Shown: positions 41,547 to 51,163 of the stretch, in pieces
Numbering within the stretch: the stretch's first letter is position 1
How the letters are laid out: every line of letters starts with the position of its first letter
Assembly: GCA_963737265.1 (NCBI GenBank)
Contig: CAVTRY010000011.1
Location: 32,001 to 96,000, forward strand
DNA length: 64,000 bases
Reading direction: 5' to 3'
Source: an uncultured delta proteobacterium
Lineage (GTDB): Bacteria > Myxococcota_A > Polyangia > Fen-1088
Made by a program: the position numbers and the translations under genes
The notes under the pieces: model-generated
The model's database searches: none
Told to the model about the DNA's origin: nothing
What the model saw: only the letters and a program-made list of their open reading frames with translations

Positions 41547-42449
41547 ATGGTCGTAGCGCAGATCAAGACCAAACAAGTTAGCATCTCCTCGGATGAGCTG
41601 GCGGCGCTCATCGAGAAAGCGGTGCTCGAACAGGTGGCCGCGGACCGCATCGCTCTGCCAGCCATGCCAAGGGTCGCGACACGCGCGTTTACCCTGCTCC
41701 GCAAGCGCGATTTCAGTCTGGCCGAGGTGGCCGGGGTGATCGAAACCGATCCGGTCGTGGCGGCACGGCTGGTGCATTTGGCGAACAGCGTGGCCTTCGC
41801 CACGGCCACGAAACTGGAATCGGTGCTTGCTTGCGTGACCCGGCTGGGTGCCCGCGAGCTGTCGTTTTTTCTCATGGAGACCGCTGCGCGCCAGTTGGTC
41901 GAATGTCACGATCCGCGTATCGTCCAAATCTGCGATGGGTTGTGGGAGCATTCGCTTTCCGTCGCAATTCTGGCACATGGTTTGGGTGCGGCCCTGCCGG
42001 GGCTTGACGTGGAGGCCGCGTATCTGGCGGGGCTCCTGCATGATATCGGTCGGCCGGTCGTGGCCGAGATGCTGCTGGACGCGGAACGCAGGTTGCTTGG
42101 CAAGCGCGTGGATCACTGGATCATGCCTTCGAAATGGTTGGGCGTCATCGTCCGATGCGAACGCACGGTCGGGCTGGCCGTGACACGCGCGTGGACATTG
42201 CCGGACACCGTGGTCGACGCGGTTGGGCTGTGCGAGCAATTCGACACCGACCGGCCCTTCCGTTTGGCCAATGTTGTTCGCTTGGCCAATGCGCTGTCCG
42301 CCACAAGCGGTCACGATCTCACTGCCAGGCCGAATGAGGAGGTCGCCGCGATCGTGAAGGAGGGAACGACCTTGCTTGGCCTCGACACGGACACGGTTTC
42401 AGGCGTTCTTACCGCGTTGCCTGCGCGCCTGGCGGGTCGGATGGCGTAA
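41547..42449 (+). CDS. Stand-alone HDOD domain protein
   Basis: LPAMPRVA, DPVVAARLVHLANS, LWEHS, GLLHDIG, WTLP. Confidence 0.9.
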   Translation: MVVAQIKTKQVSISSDELAALIEKAVLEQVAADRIALPAMPRVATRAFTLLRKRDFSLAEVAGVIETDPVVAARLVHLANSVAFATATKLESVLACVTRLGARELSFFLMETAARQLVECHDPRIVQICDGLWEHSLSVAILAHGLGAALPGLDVEAAYLAGLLHDIGRPVVAEMLLDAERRLLGKRVDHWIMPSKWLGVIVRCERTVGLAVTRAWTLPDTVVDAVGLCEQFDTDRPFRLANVVRLANALSATSGHDLTARPNEEVAAIVKEGTTLLGLDTDTVSGVLTALPARLAGRMA

Positions 42450-42479
42450 CGGGTAGTCGACCCTTCGGGGAACACTCTA

Positions 42480-42899
42480 CTAGGCGCTGGCACGGAAGAG
42501 AATCGTTGCGACATCGTCCATGGTCTTGCGCTCGGCCTGCGCTTCTTCTCGCGCCACTACCGCCCGACGCGATTCGATCACTCGGCGCAGGGCCTCGGTC
42601 TTGGTGCGCGCGCCCAGGTAGCGCGTGCGCGTTTGCGACAGCCCATCCGACGCTGCTTGCACCGCGTGTTCGGCTTGCCGGGCTTCCTGCAGGGCGCGGG
42701 TGTGTGCGGATTCGATGAGCGTCCAATGTGCGGCACTGGCGCCGCGACGGTCATCGACCGATGCTCGCGCCTTCGCCGCCGACAACGCGCTGGTGGCAGC
42801 CGCGACATGGCGTTGGGCATCGGCCAATTCGAGGCGAACCCGATCCTCTTCCGTCTCGCGAAGTCGAAAGACCGTCTCAAGTCGAGTTGTCTTAGCCAC
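42480..42899 (-). CDS. fliJ: FliJ-like flagellar export protein
   Basis: RLETVFRLRETEE...coiled coil...ERKTMDD; GAGGAG RBS before GTG 42899. Confidence 0.72.
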   Translation of the reverse strand: MAKTTRLETVFRLRETEEDRVRLELADAQRHVAAATSALSAAKARASVDDRRGASAAHWTLIESAHTRALQEARQAEHAVQAASDGLSQTRTRYLGARTKTEALRRVIESRRAVVAREEAQAERKTMDDVATILFRASA

Positions 42900-42951
42900 G
42901 ATCTTCTCCTCGGTACGAACGAAAAAGATCTGAAGATCAATTCGCGAGGGC

Positions 42952-42967
42952 AGCAGGAACCATGCCG
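42952..42967 (-). promoter_or_regulatory. Putative sigma54 promoter of fliJ-like gene
   Basis: Minus strand CGGCATGGTTCCTGCT. Confidence 0.55.
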
Positions 42968-43129
42968 TCGCTTTTCTCTCACACCGCGGAACGTTCACGG
43001 TCATGTCCGGCAAGTTCTGCCGGGCAACGACGACCGAGCAGGGATGACTAGACGGCATGGTGCGGGTTGCTACCGAGGTTTCCTCGACGGGCCGCCCCTC
43101 TGCCGCGCCATAGATCTGACTTTCGTTGG

Positions 43130-43145
43130 TGGCACTCGGCTTGCT
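43130..43145 (+). promoter_or_regulatory. Sigma54 promoter of flgF operon
   Basis: TGGCACTCGGCTTGCT, near-consensus, 26 nt before flgF. Confidence 0.78.
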
Positions 43146-43171
43146 TCGGACAGGCTTTGAGGTGAACCAAC

Positions 43172-43882
43172 GTGGCTGACGGAATCTATGTAGGCATGTC
43201 GGCGGCGATTGCGCGCTCGGCCCAGCTCGATGCGATCGCGGACAATCTAGCCAACATCGACTCGCCCGGTTTCAAGGGCGAGCGGCCCGCATTTAGCTCG
43301 TTCCTTCCCCCTGGCGGTCCCACCGACAAGGTTCTGGCGGGCGCGGTCGCGACCACCCTCGACATGCGACCAGGCGCGACGCAGACAACGGATGCTCCCA
43401 CCGATGTGATTCCCGACGGCGGCTTGTTTCTCGGGGTGCAGATGCCGGGTGGGAAAGTCGGTTATACGCGCAACGGGCACATCGAGATCACAGCCGACGG
43501 TGCCTTACAGATTGCCGGATTGCCCGTGCTCGGAACCGATGGCGAACCGATTGTCGTTCCGCCCGACACCGAGGTGTCGATCGAGAAGACCGGGGAAGTC
43601 TCGGCGGGAAAGCAGGTGGTGGGCAACCTATCGCTGTGGAGCAGCCAAGGTCCGATGGATCGCGTGGCCACCGCCCTGATGATGCCATCGGCGGGCACCC
43701 AAATGACCGCAGCGCCCGATGGCGGCGTGCGCGTGGGCGAGCTGGAGCTCGGCAACGTCAGCGCGCTTGAATCCACGGTGCAGATGATTGGTGCCCAACG
43801 CAACTACGAGCAAGCCATGCAAGCCATTCAGGCCTATCGCCAACTCGACCAAAAAGTGGTCCAGGTCGGCCTCGTTCGCTGA
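43172..43882 (+). CDS. flgF: Basal-body rod protein FlgF
   Basis: IADNLANIDSPGFK, YTRNG, LELGNV; precedes flgG. Confidence 0.88.
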   Translation: MADGIYVGMSAAIARSAQLDAIADNLANIDSPGFKGERPAFSSFLPPGGPTDKVLAGAVATTLDMRPGATQTTDAPTDVIPDGGLFLGVQMPGGKVGYTRNGHIEITADGALQIAGLPVLGTDGEPIVVPPDTEVSIEKTGEVSAGKQVVGNLSLWSSQGPMDRVATALMMPSAGTQMTAAPDGGVRVGELELGNVSALESTVQMIGAQRNYEQAMQAIQAYRQLDQKVVQVGLVR

Positions 43883-43894
43883 CGGAGAGAAATC

Positions 43895-44680
43895 ATGCTT
43901 CGATCTCTTTACACCGCCGCAACCGGAATGGATGCCCAGCAAACCAGGCTGGACGTCATCGCCAACAACCTTGCCAACGCCAGCACTACTGGGTTCAAGA
44001 GCTCACGGGCGGATTTCGAGGACTTGCTGTCGGAAACCATTCGCTCGTCCACTGCCCCGACCGCGCAAGGCGGTGGTCGGCCCGAGGCATTACAGGTCGG
44101 CCTCGGCGTGCAAACCGCGACCACCACGCGCTCGTTTGCCCAGGGCGACTTGACCCAGACGCAGAATCCTCTGGATCTGGCAATCCAGGGCACCGGCTTT
44201 TTTCGCATCCAGCGCAGCAACGGCGACTTCGCCTACACGCGCGCGGGAAATTTTCGCACCGACGCCACCGGGCGCATCGTAACCCAGACCGGCGAGATCG
44301 TGGAGCCGGGCCTAACCATTCCACCTGATGCCACCAGTGTTACGGTACGCGCCGACGGCACGGTCCTGGTGTCCGAACCCAGTCGCACCACCCCGACGGA
44401 GCTCGGCAACCTTCAGCTTGCGCTTTTCACCAATCCAGGCGGACTCGACGCTTTGGGAAACAATCTCTTCGGTGCGTCGGCGGCCTCGGGTGAACCTGTG
44501 CTGGTCAAGCCGGGCGACCAGGGCTCGGGCTCGATAAGCCAAGGCTACCTTGAGAACGCCAACGTGCAGGCTGTGCAGGAGATGGTCAACATGATCACCA
44601 CCCAGCGCGCGTACGAAATGAACTCCAAGGTCATCGAGGCTGCCGATCAGATGCTTCAAAAACTGAGCCAGCTTCGCTAG
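43895..44680 (+). CDS. flgG: Basal-body rod protein FlgG
   Basis: MLRSLYTAATGM, ANNLAN, QRAYEMNSKVI. Confidence 0.96.
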   Translation: MLRSLYTAATGMDAQQTRLDVIANNLANASTTGFKSSRADFEDLLSETIRSSTAPTAQGGGRPEALQVGLGVQTATTTRSFAQGDLTQTQNPLDLAIQGTGFFRIQRSNGDFAYTRAGNFRTDATGRIVTQTGEIVEPGLTIPPDATSVTVRADGTVLVSEPSRTTPTELGNLQLALFTNPGGLDALGNNLFGASAASGEPVLVKPGDQGSGSISQGYLENANVQAVQEMVNMITTQRAYEMNSKVIEAADQMLQKLSQLR

Positions 44681-44690
44681 GCAGGAATCG

Positions 44691-45323
44691 ATGCCGACCA
44701 TTGCTCTTCTATTTGCGCTCTTCGCCGCTCCCGAGCTGGCGCCGGCCTTGCGGGATGTTCTGCCCAGCGAGGTGAGCACAGCCCTTACGGGCGCGCTCGC
44801 CATTCCTGGAGCCCGCATCGTGCCGCTTGCCTGGTCGGCGCCGCGGCACTGCCGCATTCGCAGCGCCAGTGTGCCTCATCCTATCGACGGTTCGGGCCGC
44901 GTGGCGGTGAGACTAGTTGGTGAGGGCTGTTCGGGATGGGGATGGGTGCATCTCGAAGTTCGGGCCGAGACCGCGGTCACCACCCGCGCAGTTCGCGCCG
45001 GAGAGATCCTGGCACCTGCCTTGGCAGTCGGCGAGAAGGAGATCAAACCCGGCCGGGCGCCGTTTGTCCCGGCACGTGGCGCAGTAGCGGTTCACGCCAT
45101 GTCCGCCGGAACCATAGTGGAACCAAGCGATGTCAGCGGCAGCACCGTAGTCGCTGGCGATCCGGTCAAGATCGTCGTCGTCGCTGGCGCACTGGCGGTC
45201 GAAACCCAGGGACGTCGAATCACCTGTGGCCGCGGGCGCGCCTGCGCGGTTCTGCCCTCGGGGAAGCATGTGGAAGGCGAGATGGATGAGAGTGGTCACC
45301 TGATCGTGGAGGTTCCCCGGTGA
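44691..45323 (+). CDS. flgA: P-ring assembly chaperone FlgA-like
   Basis: Signal peptide, SAF-like region, GDPVKIV...SGKHVEG; between flgG and flgH. Confidence 0.75.
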   Translation: MPTIALLFALFAAPELAPALRDVLPSEVSTALTGALAIPGARIVPLAWSAPRHCRIRSASVPHPIDGSGRVAVRLVGEGCSGWGWVHLEVRAETAVTTRAVRAGEILAPALAVGEKEIKPGRAPFVPARGAVAVHAMSAGTIVEPSDVSGSTVVAGDPVKIVVVAGALAVETQGRRITCGRGRACAVLPSGKHVEGEMDESGHLIVEVPR

Positions 45324-46027
45324 GTGCCTGGCGCATCCGTCTCGCGACGGTGGCGGGCATTGCGCTCGCGGCGGCCTGCGGCCCGGCCCACCTTGGCGAG
45401 TACACGCCCAAGCATCGCGAGTACAAGCTCCCGTCCGAAAACAAGGGAGACGACGAACCGTCGTCGCCAGGCAGTCTGTGGCGCGATGGACGTCCGGCCT
45501 CGATGCTGTTCACCGATGCGCGCGCCTTGCACGCCAACGATCTGGTCGTCATCAACATCGAAGAAGTCGCCAATGCCAGCCGCTCCGCCGACACCAATTT
45601 GGCCCGCACGTCGTCGAGCTCGGCCCAGATCAGCGCTTTCCTGGGCCTGCTCAAGAAACTGAAACTGGGTTCGACCGACGGGCAGTCTGGCGTCAACATC
45701 GGCGGCAGCTCAACCGGGAGTTTCACGGGCCAAGGTTCCTCGGATCGCAGTGAGTCCTTTACCGCAACCGTGCCCGCGGTCGTCATCAAGGTGCTACCTA
45801 ACGGAAACCTCTTCGTGGAAGGGCACCGAGCCATCCTGGTGAATTCTGAAGAGCACCATTTCTACATCTCCGGCGTCGTGCGTCCCATCGACATCGATCA
45901 GCAAAACAGCATCAAGAGCTCGGTGGTCGCCGATGCCCAGATCGAGTTCGTCGGGCGCGGAGATCTGACCGACAACCAAAAGCAGGGATGGCTTTCGCGC
46001 TATCTCGGCTGGATTTGGCCTTTCTAA
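45320..46027 (+). CDS. flgH: L-ring protein FlgH
   Basis: Lipobox LAAAC, GSLW, LFTDARA, VLPNGNL, SGVVRPIDI, WPF end. Confidence 0.95.
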   Translation: MSAWRIRLATVAGIALAAACGPAHLGEYTPKHREYKLPSENKGDDEPSSPGSLWRDGRPASMLFTDARALHANDLVVINIEEVANASRSADTNLARTSSSSAQISAFLGLLKKLKLGSTDGQSGVNIGGSSTGSFTGQGSSDRSESFTATVPAVVIKVLPNGNLFVEGHRAILVNSEEHHFYISGVVRPIDIDQQNSIKSSVVADAQIEFVGRGDLTDNQKQGWLSRYLGWIWPF

Positions 46028-46030
46028 TCC

Positions 46031-47134
46031 ATGCGCAAGGTAAACCTCACCATGCTGGCGCTGCTGGGTGGCCTCGGCCTCGCGGCACCAGCCTCAGCCG
46101 CGCCGGTTCGCGTGAAAGAGTTGGTGGATGTCCAAGGCGTGCGCGACAACTCGATCTTTGGCTACGGATTGGTCGTCGGGCTCGCCGGCACGGGCGATAC
46201 GCAGATGGTGCTTTTCACTTCGCAGTCCATCTCGGGCATGCTGGGCCGGCTCGGTATTCGCATCGATCCCAAAGACGTCATCGTGCGAAACGTGGCCGCG
46301 GTGATGGTGACGGCGCGTCTGCCTTCCTACGCGCGCCCGGGCACCCATCTCGATGTGAACGTCGGGTCGATGGGGGACGCGCGCTCGCTGGCTGGCGGCG
46401 TGCTGCTGGTGACGCCGCTGACAGGGCCCGACGGGCAGGTCTACGCCATCGCCCAGGGACCCGTGCAAGCGGGTGGATTCGACATGAGCTCGACCGGGTC
46501 GCGCATGCAGAAGAACCAACCAACGTCCGGCACCGTGCCAAACGGCGCGTCCATCGAACGCGCCGTGGTCGCCAACCTGTCCAAGGGTTCGGTGGTGCTG
46601 GGCTTGCGTCGTCCCGACTTCACCACGGCGTTGCGCATAGCCGATGCCATCAACAAGTCCCTCGGCGGCGACACGGCTCACGCGACGGATCCTGCGTCCA
46701 TCGAGGTGAAGCCCTCCGCCGAGTGGCAAGACAAGGTCGTGGGGCTGTTGGCGAGGATTGAAGGGCTAGAAGTCGATCCCGATCAGCGTGCCCGCATCGT
46801 GGTCAGCGAGCGCACCGGTACGATTGTTGCGGGCGAAGGCGTGCGCATCCGTCCCGTTGCCGTCGCCCATGGTGGGCTTTCCATTTCAGTCACCCAGACG
46901 CCGTTCGCGTCCCAGCCCAATCCAGCATCACGTGGCCAGACGGTGACGGGCCGGACGGCGAACATCGAGGCACGGGAAGCCCCTGGACGGGCCGTGGCGT
47001 TGCCGGCGACCACTTCGGTGGAGGACTTGGTCAAGGCGCTCAACATGATAGGCGTGGGTCCCCGCGATCTCGTGGCCGTCCTGCAGGCGATGAAAGCGGC
47101 CGGCGCCATCGACGCCGACCTGGAGGTGATGTGA
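46031..47134 (+). CDS. flgI: P-ring protein FlgI
   Basis: GYGLVVGLAGTGD, NVAAVMVTA, ERTGTIV, LQAMKAAGA. Confidence 0.96.
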   Translation: MRKVNLTMLALLGGLGLAAPASAAPVRVKELVDVQGVRDNSIFGYGLVVGLAGTGDTQMVLFTSQSISGMLGRLGIRIDPKDVIVRNVAAVMVTARLPSYARPGTHLDVNVGSMGDARSLAGGVLLVTPLTGPDGQVYAIAQGPVQAGGFDMSSTGSRMQKNQPTSGTVPNGASIERAVVANLSKGSVVLGLRRPDFTTALRIADAINKSLGGDTAHATDPASIEVKPSAEWQDKVVGLLARIEGLEVDPDQRARIVVSERTGTIVAGEGVRIRPVAVAHGGLSISVTQTPFASQPNPASRGQTVTGRTANIEAREAPGRAVALPATTSVEDLVKALNMIGVGPRDLVAVLQAMKAAGAIDADLEVM

Positions 47135-47857
47135 TGCAGCCGATTCGCACCGCCGCCGACGGGGCTCGCACGCTTGAATCCATTCTGGTCAAGCAGCTCA
47201 TTCAGGATAGCGGCGCCTTTCGCGGCATGAGCCAGGCAGGCGGAAAGATCTACGGCGAAATGTTTTGTGAAGCGCTGGCGAATGCTGTCTCGCAAAGCGG
47301 CGGGGTTGGCATCGCCAAGCTGGTCGAGGGCTCGTTCGAAAAGGGCGCGACAGCGGCGCAAAGTGGGCCTAGCGAGGCCAGCGTCACGGGTGACTTTCTC
47401 TTCCATCCTGCGACCCAACCGGCGGCCAGCGCCGCCAACGCCACGGACGTGACGCCAGAGGTGTTCGAGCGGTTTCGGCGCACGAAAGGACCCCATCGAC
47501 GGTTCCCATCGTTTTCATACTGGCATCGACGTCGCCGCGCAGGAAGGAAGTCCGATTCTGGCCGCTGCGCCCGGCGTCGTGCTCCGAGCTGGGCGGCGCG
47601 GTGGGTACGGTAACGCGGTCGAAATCGACAATGGCAACGGAATTTCGACCCTTTATGGGCACGCATCGGCGCTTTCGGTGAAAGAGGGCGACCGCGTCAA
47701 GGCGGGCCAGCCCATTGCCGCGGTCGGACATAGCGGGCGCGCCACAGGACCGCACTTGCACTTTGAAGTTCGAAAAGACGGAAATCCGACAGATCCGCAA
47801 TCGACCCTTAATAGGTGGGAAGAACGTGCCGACGTACTGATTGGTAGGAAACCCTAA
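47134..47857 (+). CDS. flgJ: FlgJ rod-binding domain fused to M23 peptidase, frameshift at ~47464
   Basis: LESILVKQL...GGVGIAKL; after +1 shift SSGFGARKDPIDG...HTGID...YGH...TGPHLHFEV (M23 HxxxD, HxH). Confidence 0.82.
47808..47835 (+). promoter_or_regulatory. Putative sigma28 promoter of flgM
   Basis: TTAAT-N15-GCCGACGT. Confidence 0.6.
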
Positions 47858-47878
47858 CGAAGGCATTGGAGACAAGCC

Positions 47879-48178
47879 ATGAGGGTCGACAACAAACAAT
47901 CAGTAACGAGTACGGATACGGGGCAGGCTAGGTCAACCACCGGGCGGACGCCGATTCGACCGCAGACCGACACGGTCAGTGTCGACGGGGCCAAACAGGT
48001 TGCAGCTGTGGTGCAAGCCGTGCAGGCCAACGCCGGGGTTGACCGCAACAGTCGCCTGGAGGAATTGGAAACCGCGATCCGCCAAGGTGGATACCAGCCT
48101 GACGCGGGGCAGTTGGCGGACAAGATCATGCAAGCCGCGGAGCTGGACGCGCACCTGCGTGCCATTTTTGGAGGATAG
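47879..48178 (+). CDS. flgM: Anti-sigma28 factor FlgM
   Basis: DTVSV, RLEELETAIRQGGYQPDAGQLADKI. Confidence 0.88.
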   Translation: MRVDNKQSVTSTDTGQARSTTGRTPIRPQTDTVSVDGAKQVAAVVQAVQANAGVDRNSRLEELETAIRQGGYQPDAGQLADKIMQAAELDAHLRAIFGG

Positions 48179-48181
48179 TCG

Positions 48182-48658
48182 ATGGACCCACTCGAACAGA
48201 CCCTGGACGTTGCTACCTGGATGCGCGATGCGATCCAGGCCGAGCTGGAGGCGGCGCGCGAGCAGCGCGTGCTGGTTCGCAAGCTCGACGTGCAGGGGTT
48301 GTTCGAGCGCGCCCGTCGGCGAGGCGAATTCAATGTGAAACTGGCCGAATTGCAAGACGCATTGGGGGCGGCATTGTCCGCGGTGGCCGCAGATCTTGGC
48401 GTGGCCAAAGTGTCGATGGATATTCTGCATGAGTCGGACACCAAGCTGGCCGGACGAGTCGCGCAGGCGTTGTCCGAATTGCGCGCGTCGGCTCAGGCGC
48501 TGCAAGAGATCGATTCGCTCAACCAAGTTCTGTCCCGGCGGGCGCTGGCATGCGTGCGTGGCTACCTGGCTGCCCTATCGCCACGGGCGGATGTCTACGA
48601 CCGGTACGGGGTCATCCACAGTGGCGGCGCGGCGTCGCTTGCTCGTCGGGTGGCCTGA
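48182..48658 (+). CDS. flgN: Flagellar chaperone FlgN
   Basis: Helical, C-terminal YDRYG; between flgM and flgK. Confidence 0.8.
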   Translation: MDPLEQTLDVATWMRDAIQAELEAAREQRVLVRKLDVQGLFERARRRGEFNVKLAELQDALGAALSAVAADLGVAKVSMDILHESDTKLAGRVAQALSELRASAQALQEIDSLNQVLSRRALACVRGYLAALSPRADVYDRYGVIHSGGAASLARRVA

Positions 48659-48661
48659 GCC

Positions 48662-50068
48662 ATGGATCTCATCAATATCATCATGAACGCGGGCGCCGGC
48701 CTGGGAGTTTATCGAGCCCAGGTCGCGACGGTGAGTAACAACATCGCGAATGCAAACACGCCAGGCTACTCACTCGAGGAAGCCGTGCCCACCGAAACCA
48801 ACCCGGCCGAGGAAGTTGGCACCAATGGCTACCTTGGGCGCGGCGTTTCTCTGCAAGGGGTTGTCCAGTTTCGCGACCAATTTGTCGAGTCTCAGCTCGG
48901 TACGGCCTTCTCGAACAGTTCCAGTACGTCGGCCCAGGCCAATGCCCTGTCCACGGTGACGGCGCTCAACCCTCAAGGGCAGGGCAACGTCACGGATGCG
49001 CTCGGGCAGTTCTATTCGGCTCTGCGCGATCTCAATCAGAACGCCGGCGACCAGGGGCTGCGGAGCGCGCTCGTCAATGCCGCGCAGGGCGTCTGCACCG
49101 CATTTCACACCGCAGCAAGCGCGCTGACAACTGCGCGGAATGGAATCGACCAGAGTGTCAGCGCACTTACGGTCCAGGTCAACGGTTTGCTATCCGGCGT
49201 GGCGACGCTGAACAGCCAAATCGCCTTGTCGGTCAACTCGGGACGAACGCCAAACGACCTGCTCGACGCCCGTCAAAACGATCTGGACCAGCTGGCGCAA
49301 TTGGTTGGGGCGACCGCGGTGCCGGACAATCATTCCGGCGTCAACGTGGTTCTTCCAGGAGGCACCTGCCTCGTCAGCGGAACCATCGCTTCGAGTGTGA
49401 GCGTCCAAAGCGACACAACCAACGGCGGCCACTACGACATCGTCCTGTCTCCGGCGGACGGCAGTGCTTCGACGGCACTACCGTCCGGCCAAATCGGAGG
49501 ACAGATTGGCGGACTGCTCAGCGCTCGCGATACTACCTTGGGCAACGCGCAATCCGGCCTGGATACCCTGGCCTATGATTTTTCGTCCGCAGTCAACCAA
49601 CAGAGCGAGCTTGGCTATGCCCTCGACGGCACGACCGGACACGACCTATTTACCGCGCTGCCCAATTCCACCGGGGCTGCTGCAAATCTAACCGTGGATG
49701 CGAGCGCCAGCGCCAATCCTTCTCTCGTTGCCGCGGCTGGCAGCGCGGCAGCGGGACCCGGCGATGCAACCAATCTGCAGGCCATGATCGCCACCGAGAC
49801 AACGCCCCTCTCCACAGGGCTCAACGTGCAGGACGGCATGGCCAAGCTGACATCGGATTTCGGCAATGCTGTCTCGACCGCCCAGGATTCCTCCACCTTC
49901 GACCAAAATATTCTAACGTCGCTCACCAACGCTCGCGCCTCTGCTTCTGGCGTGTCGGTCGACGACGAATTGACGAAACTCATTCAAGCTCAGAATGCCT
50001 ACAATGCGCTCACGAAGGTAGTGACCACCGGCGACTCGATGCTGACCACGTTGATGAATATGTTCTAG
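48662..50068 (+). CDS. flgK: Hook-associated protein FlgK
   Basis: SNNIANANTPGYS, NDLLDAR, SGVSVDDE...QNAYNA. Confidence 0.95.
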   Translation: MDLINIIMNAGAGLGVYRAQVATVSNNIANANTPGYSLEEAVPTETNPAEEVGTNGYLGRGVSLQGVVQFRDQFVESQLGTAFSNSSSTSAQANALSTVTALNPQGQGNVTDALGQFYSALRDLNQNAGDQGLRSALVNAAQGVCTAFHTAASALTTARNGIDQSVSALTVQVNGLLSGVATLNSQIALSVNSGRTPNDLLDARQNDLDQLAQLVGATAVPDNHSGVNVVLPGGTCLVSGTIASSVSVQSDTTNGGHYDIVLSPADGSASTALPSGQIGGQIGGLLSARDTTLGNAQSGLDTLAYDFSSAVNQQSELGYALDGTTGHDLFTALPNSTGAAANLTVDASASANPSLVAAAGSAAAGPGDATNLQAMIATETTPLSTGLNVQDGMAKLTSDFGNAVSTAQDSSTFDQNILTSLTNARASASGVSVDDELTKLIQAQNAYNALTKVVTTGDSMLTTLMNMF

Positions 50069-50078
50069 AGGCATTTCC

Positions 50079-50963
50079 ATGCGTGTTACTGAAAGCATGA
50101 TCTTCGCAACCGCGATCGCGCAAACCGAGACCTCGCGCGAAAACCTGCAGCAGGCGCAAAACCAAGTGTCGAGCGGCTTGCGAGTTGTGCAGCCAGGCGA
50201 CGACCCCGCCGCGGCTAGCATCGCCGTCACCGACGATATCGATCAAGCGCGTTTCACGTCCATTGGAAAGAATGCCCAGTTGGCCGCGAGTGAGCTGGAC
50301 GCCGCCGACACCGCCCTGGACGGAATTACCACGAACACCAATCGGGCTCTGCAACTCGCGACCCAGTTCGGCAACGATACGTACAATGCCTCGGACCGCG
50401 CGACGGCCGCCGTCGAAGTCCAGGGCCTGTCCCAGACCATCATCGGTCTTCTGAACACGACGTTCAGTGAGCGGTATGTCTTTGGCGGCGACAAAGACAA
50501 TGCGCCGCCATTTGATAGCAATGGTAATTATGTGGGGGATCCTGGGGTGCGAACCGTCGAGGTAGCGCCAGGGCAGTTCCAAGCGGCGTCCCTTAATGCC
50601 AATGCCATCGTAAAGGGTGGCAGCAACGGCGTCGACCTGCTCCAGTCTCTTTCCGATCTGCAGACCGCTCTGCAGAACAATGACGGCGCGGGCATTCGCG
50701 CCGAAGTTGGCAACCTTACCACCGGCATCAAGCAGCTCGCCGCTGGCCGCGCCCAAGCCGGAATAGAGCAGGACGCGTTTCAGAACGCGGTGTCGACGGC
50801 GCAAGCGGCGGCGTCGGGAGAAACCGTTCAAGTTGGCAAGTTGTTGGATGCCGATATCATTGGCGCCTCAACGCAATTGGCTTCGGCTCAATACGCGCTC
50901 AATGCCACGCTGACCGCTGCCGCCAAGACATTCAGTATGTCATTGGCCGATAAGCTGCCGTAG
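50079..50963 (+). CDS. flgL: Hook-associated protein FlgL
   Basis: MRVT, SSGLRVVQPGDDP, RYVFGG. Confidence 0.92.
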   Translation: MRVTESMIFATAIAQTETSRENLQQAQNQVSSGLRVVQPGDDPAAASIAVTDDIDQARFTSIGKNAQLAASELDAADTALDGITTNTNRALQLATQFGNDTYNASDRATAAVEVQGLSQTIIGLLNTTFSERYVFGGDKDNAPPFDSNGNYVGDPGVRTVEVAPGQFQAASLNANAIVKGGSNGVDLLQSLSDLQTALQNNDGAGIRAEVGNLTTGIKQLAAGRAQAGIEQDAFQNAVSTAQAAASGETVQVGKLLDADIIGASTQLASAQYALNATLTAAAKTFSMSLADKLP

Positions 50964-51163
50964 CTTGAGTGCATCGCGGCCCCTCCGGCGGCAAGCTCGC
51001 CGTCGGTCGGGACGGCCGCGCCACGCCTTGGCGGTGCAACTGGAAGGGCGTCCAGGGGCAAATGAAGATACTTCAAAGGCTTATCGAAAAGCAGGCCCCG
51101 TGCCGTAGCTGTATTTGAAGCCGGGCTAGGCGCCCACAGACGAAAGAAAAAAGGAGTTGGGTC

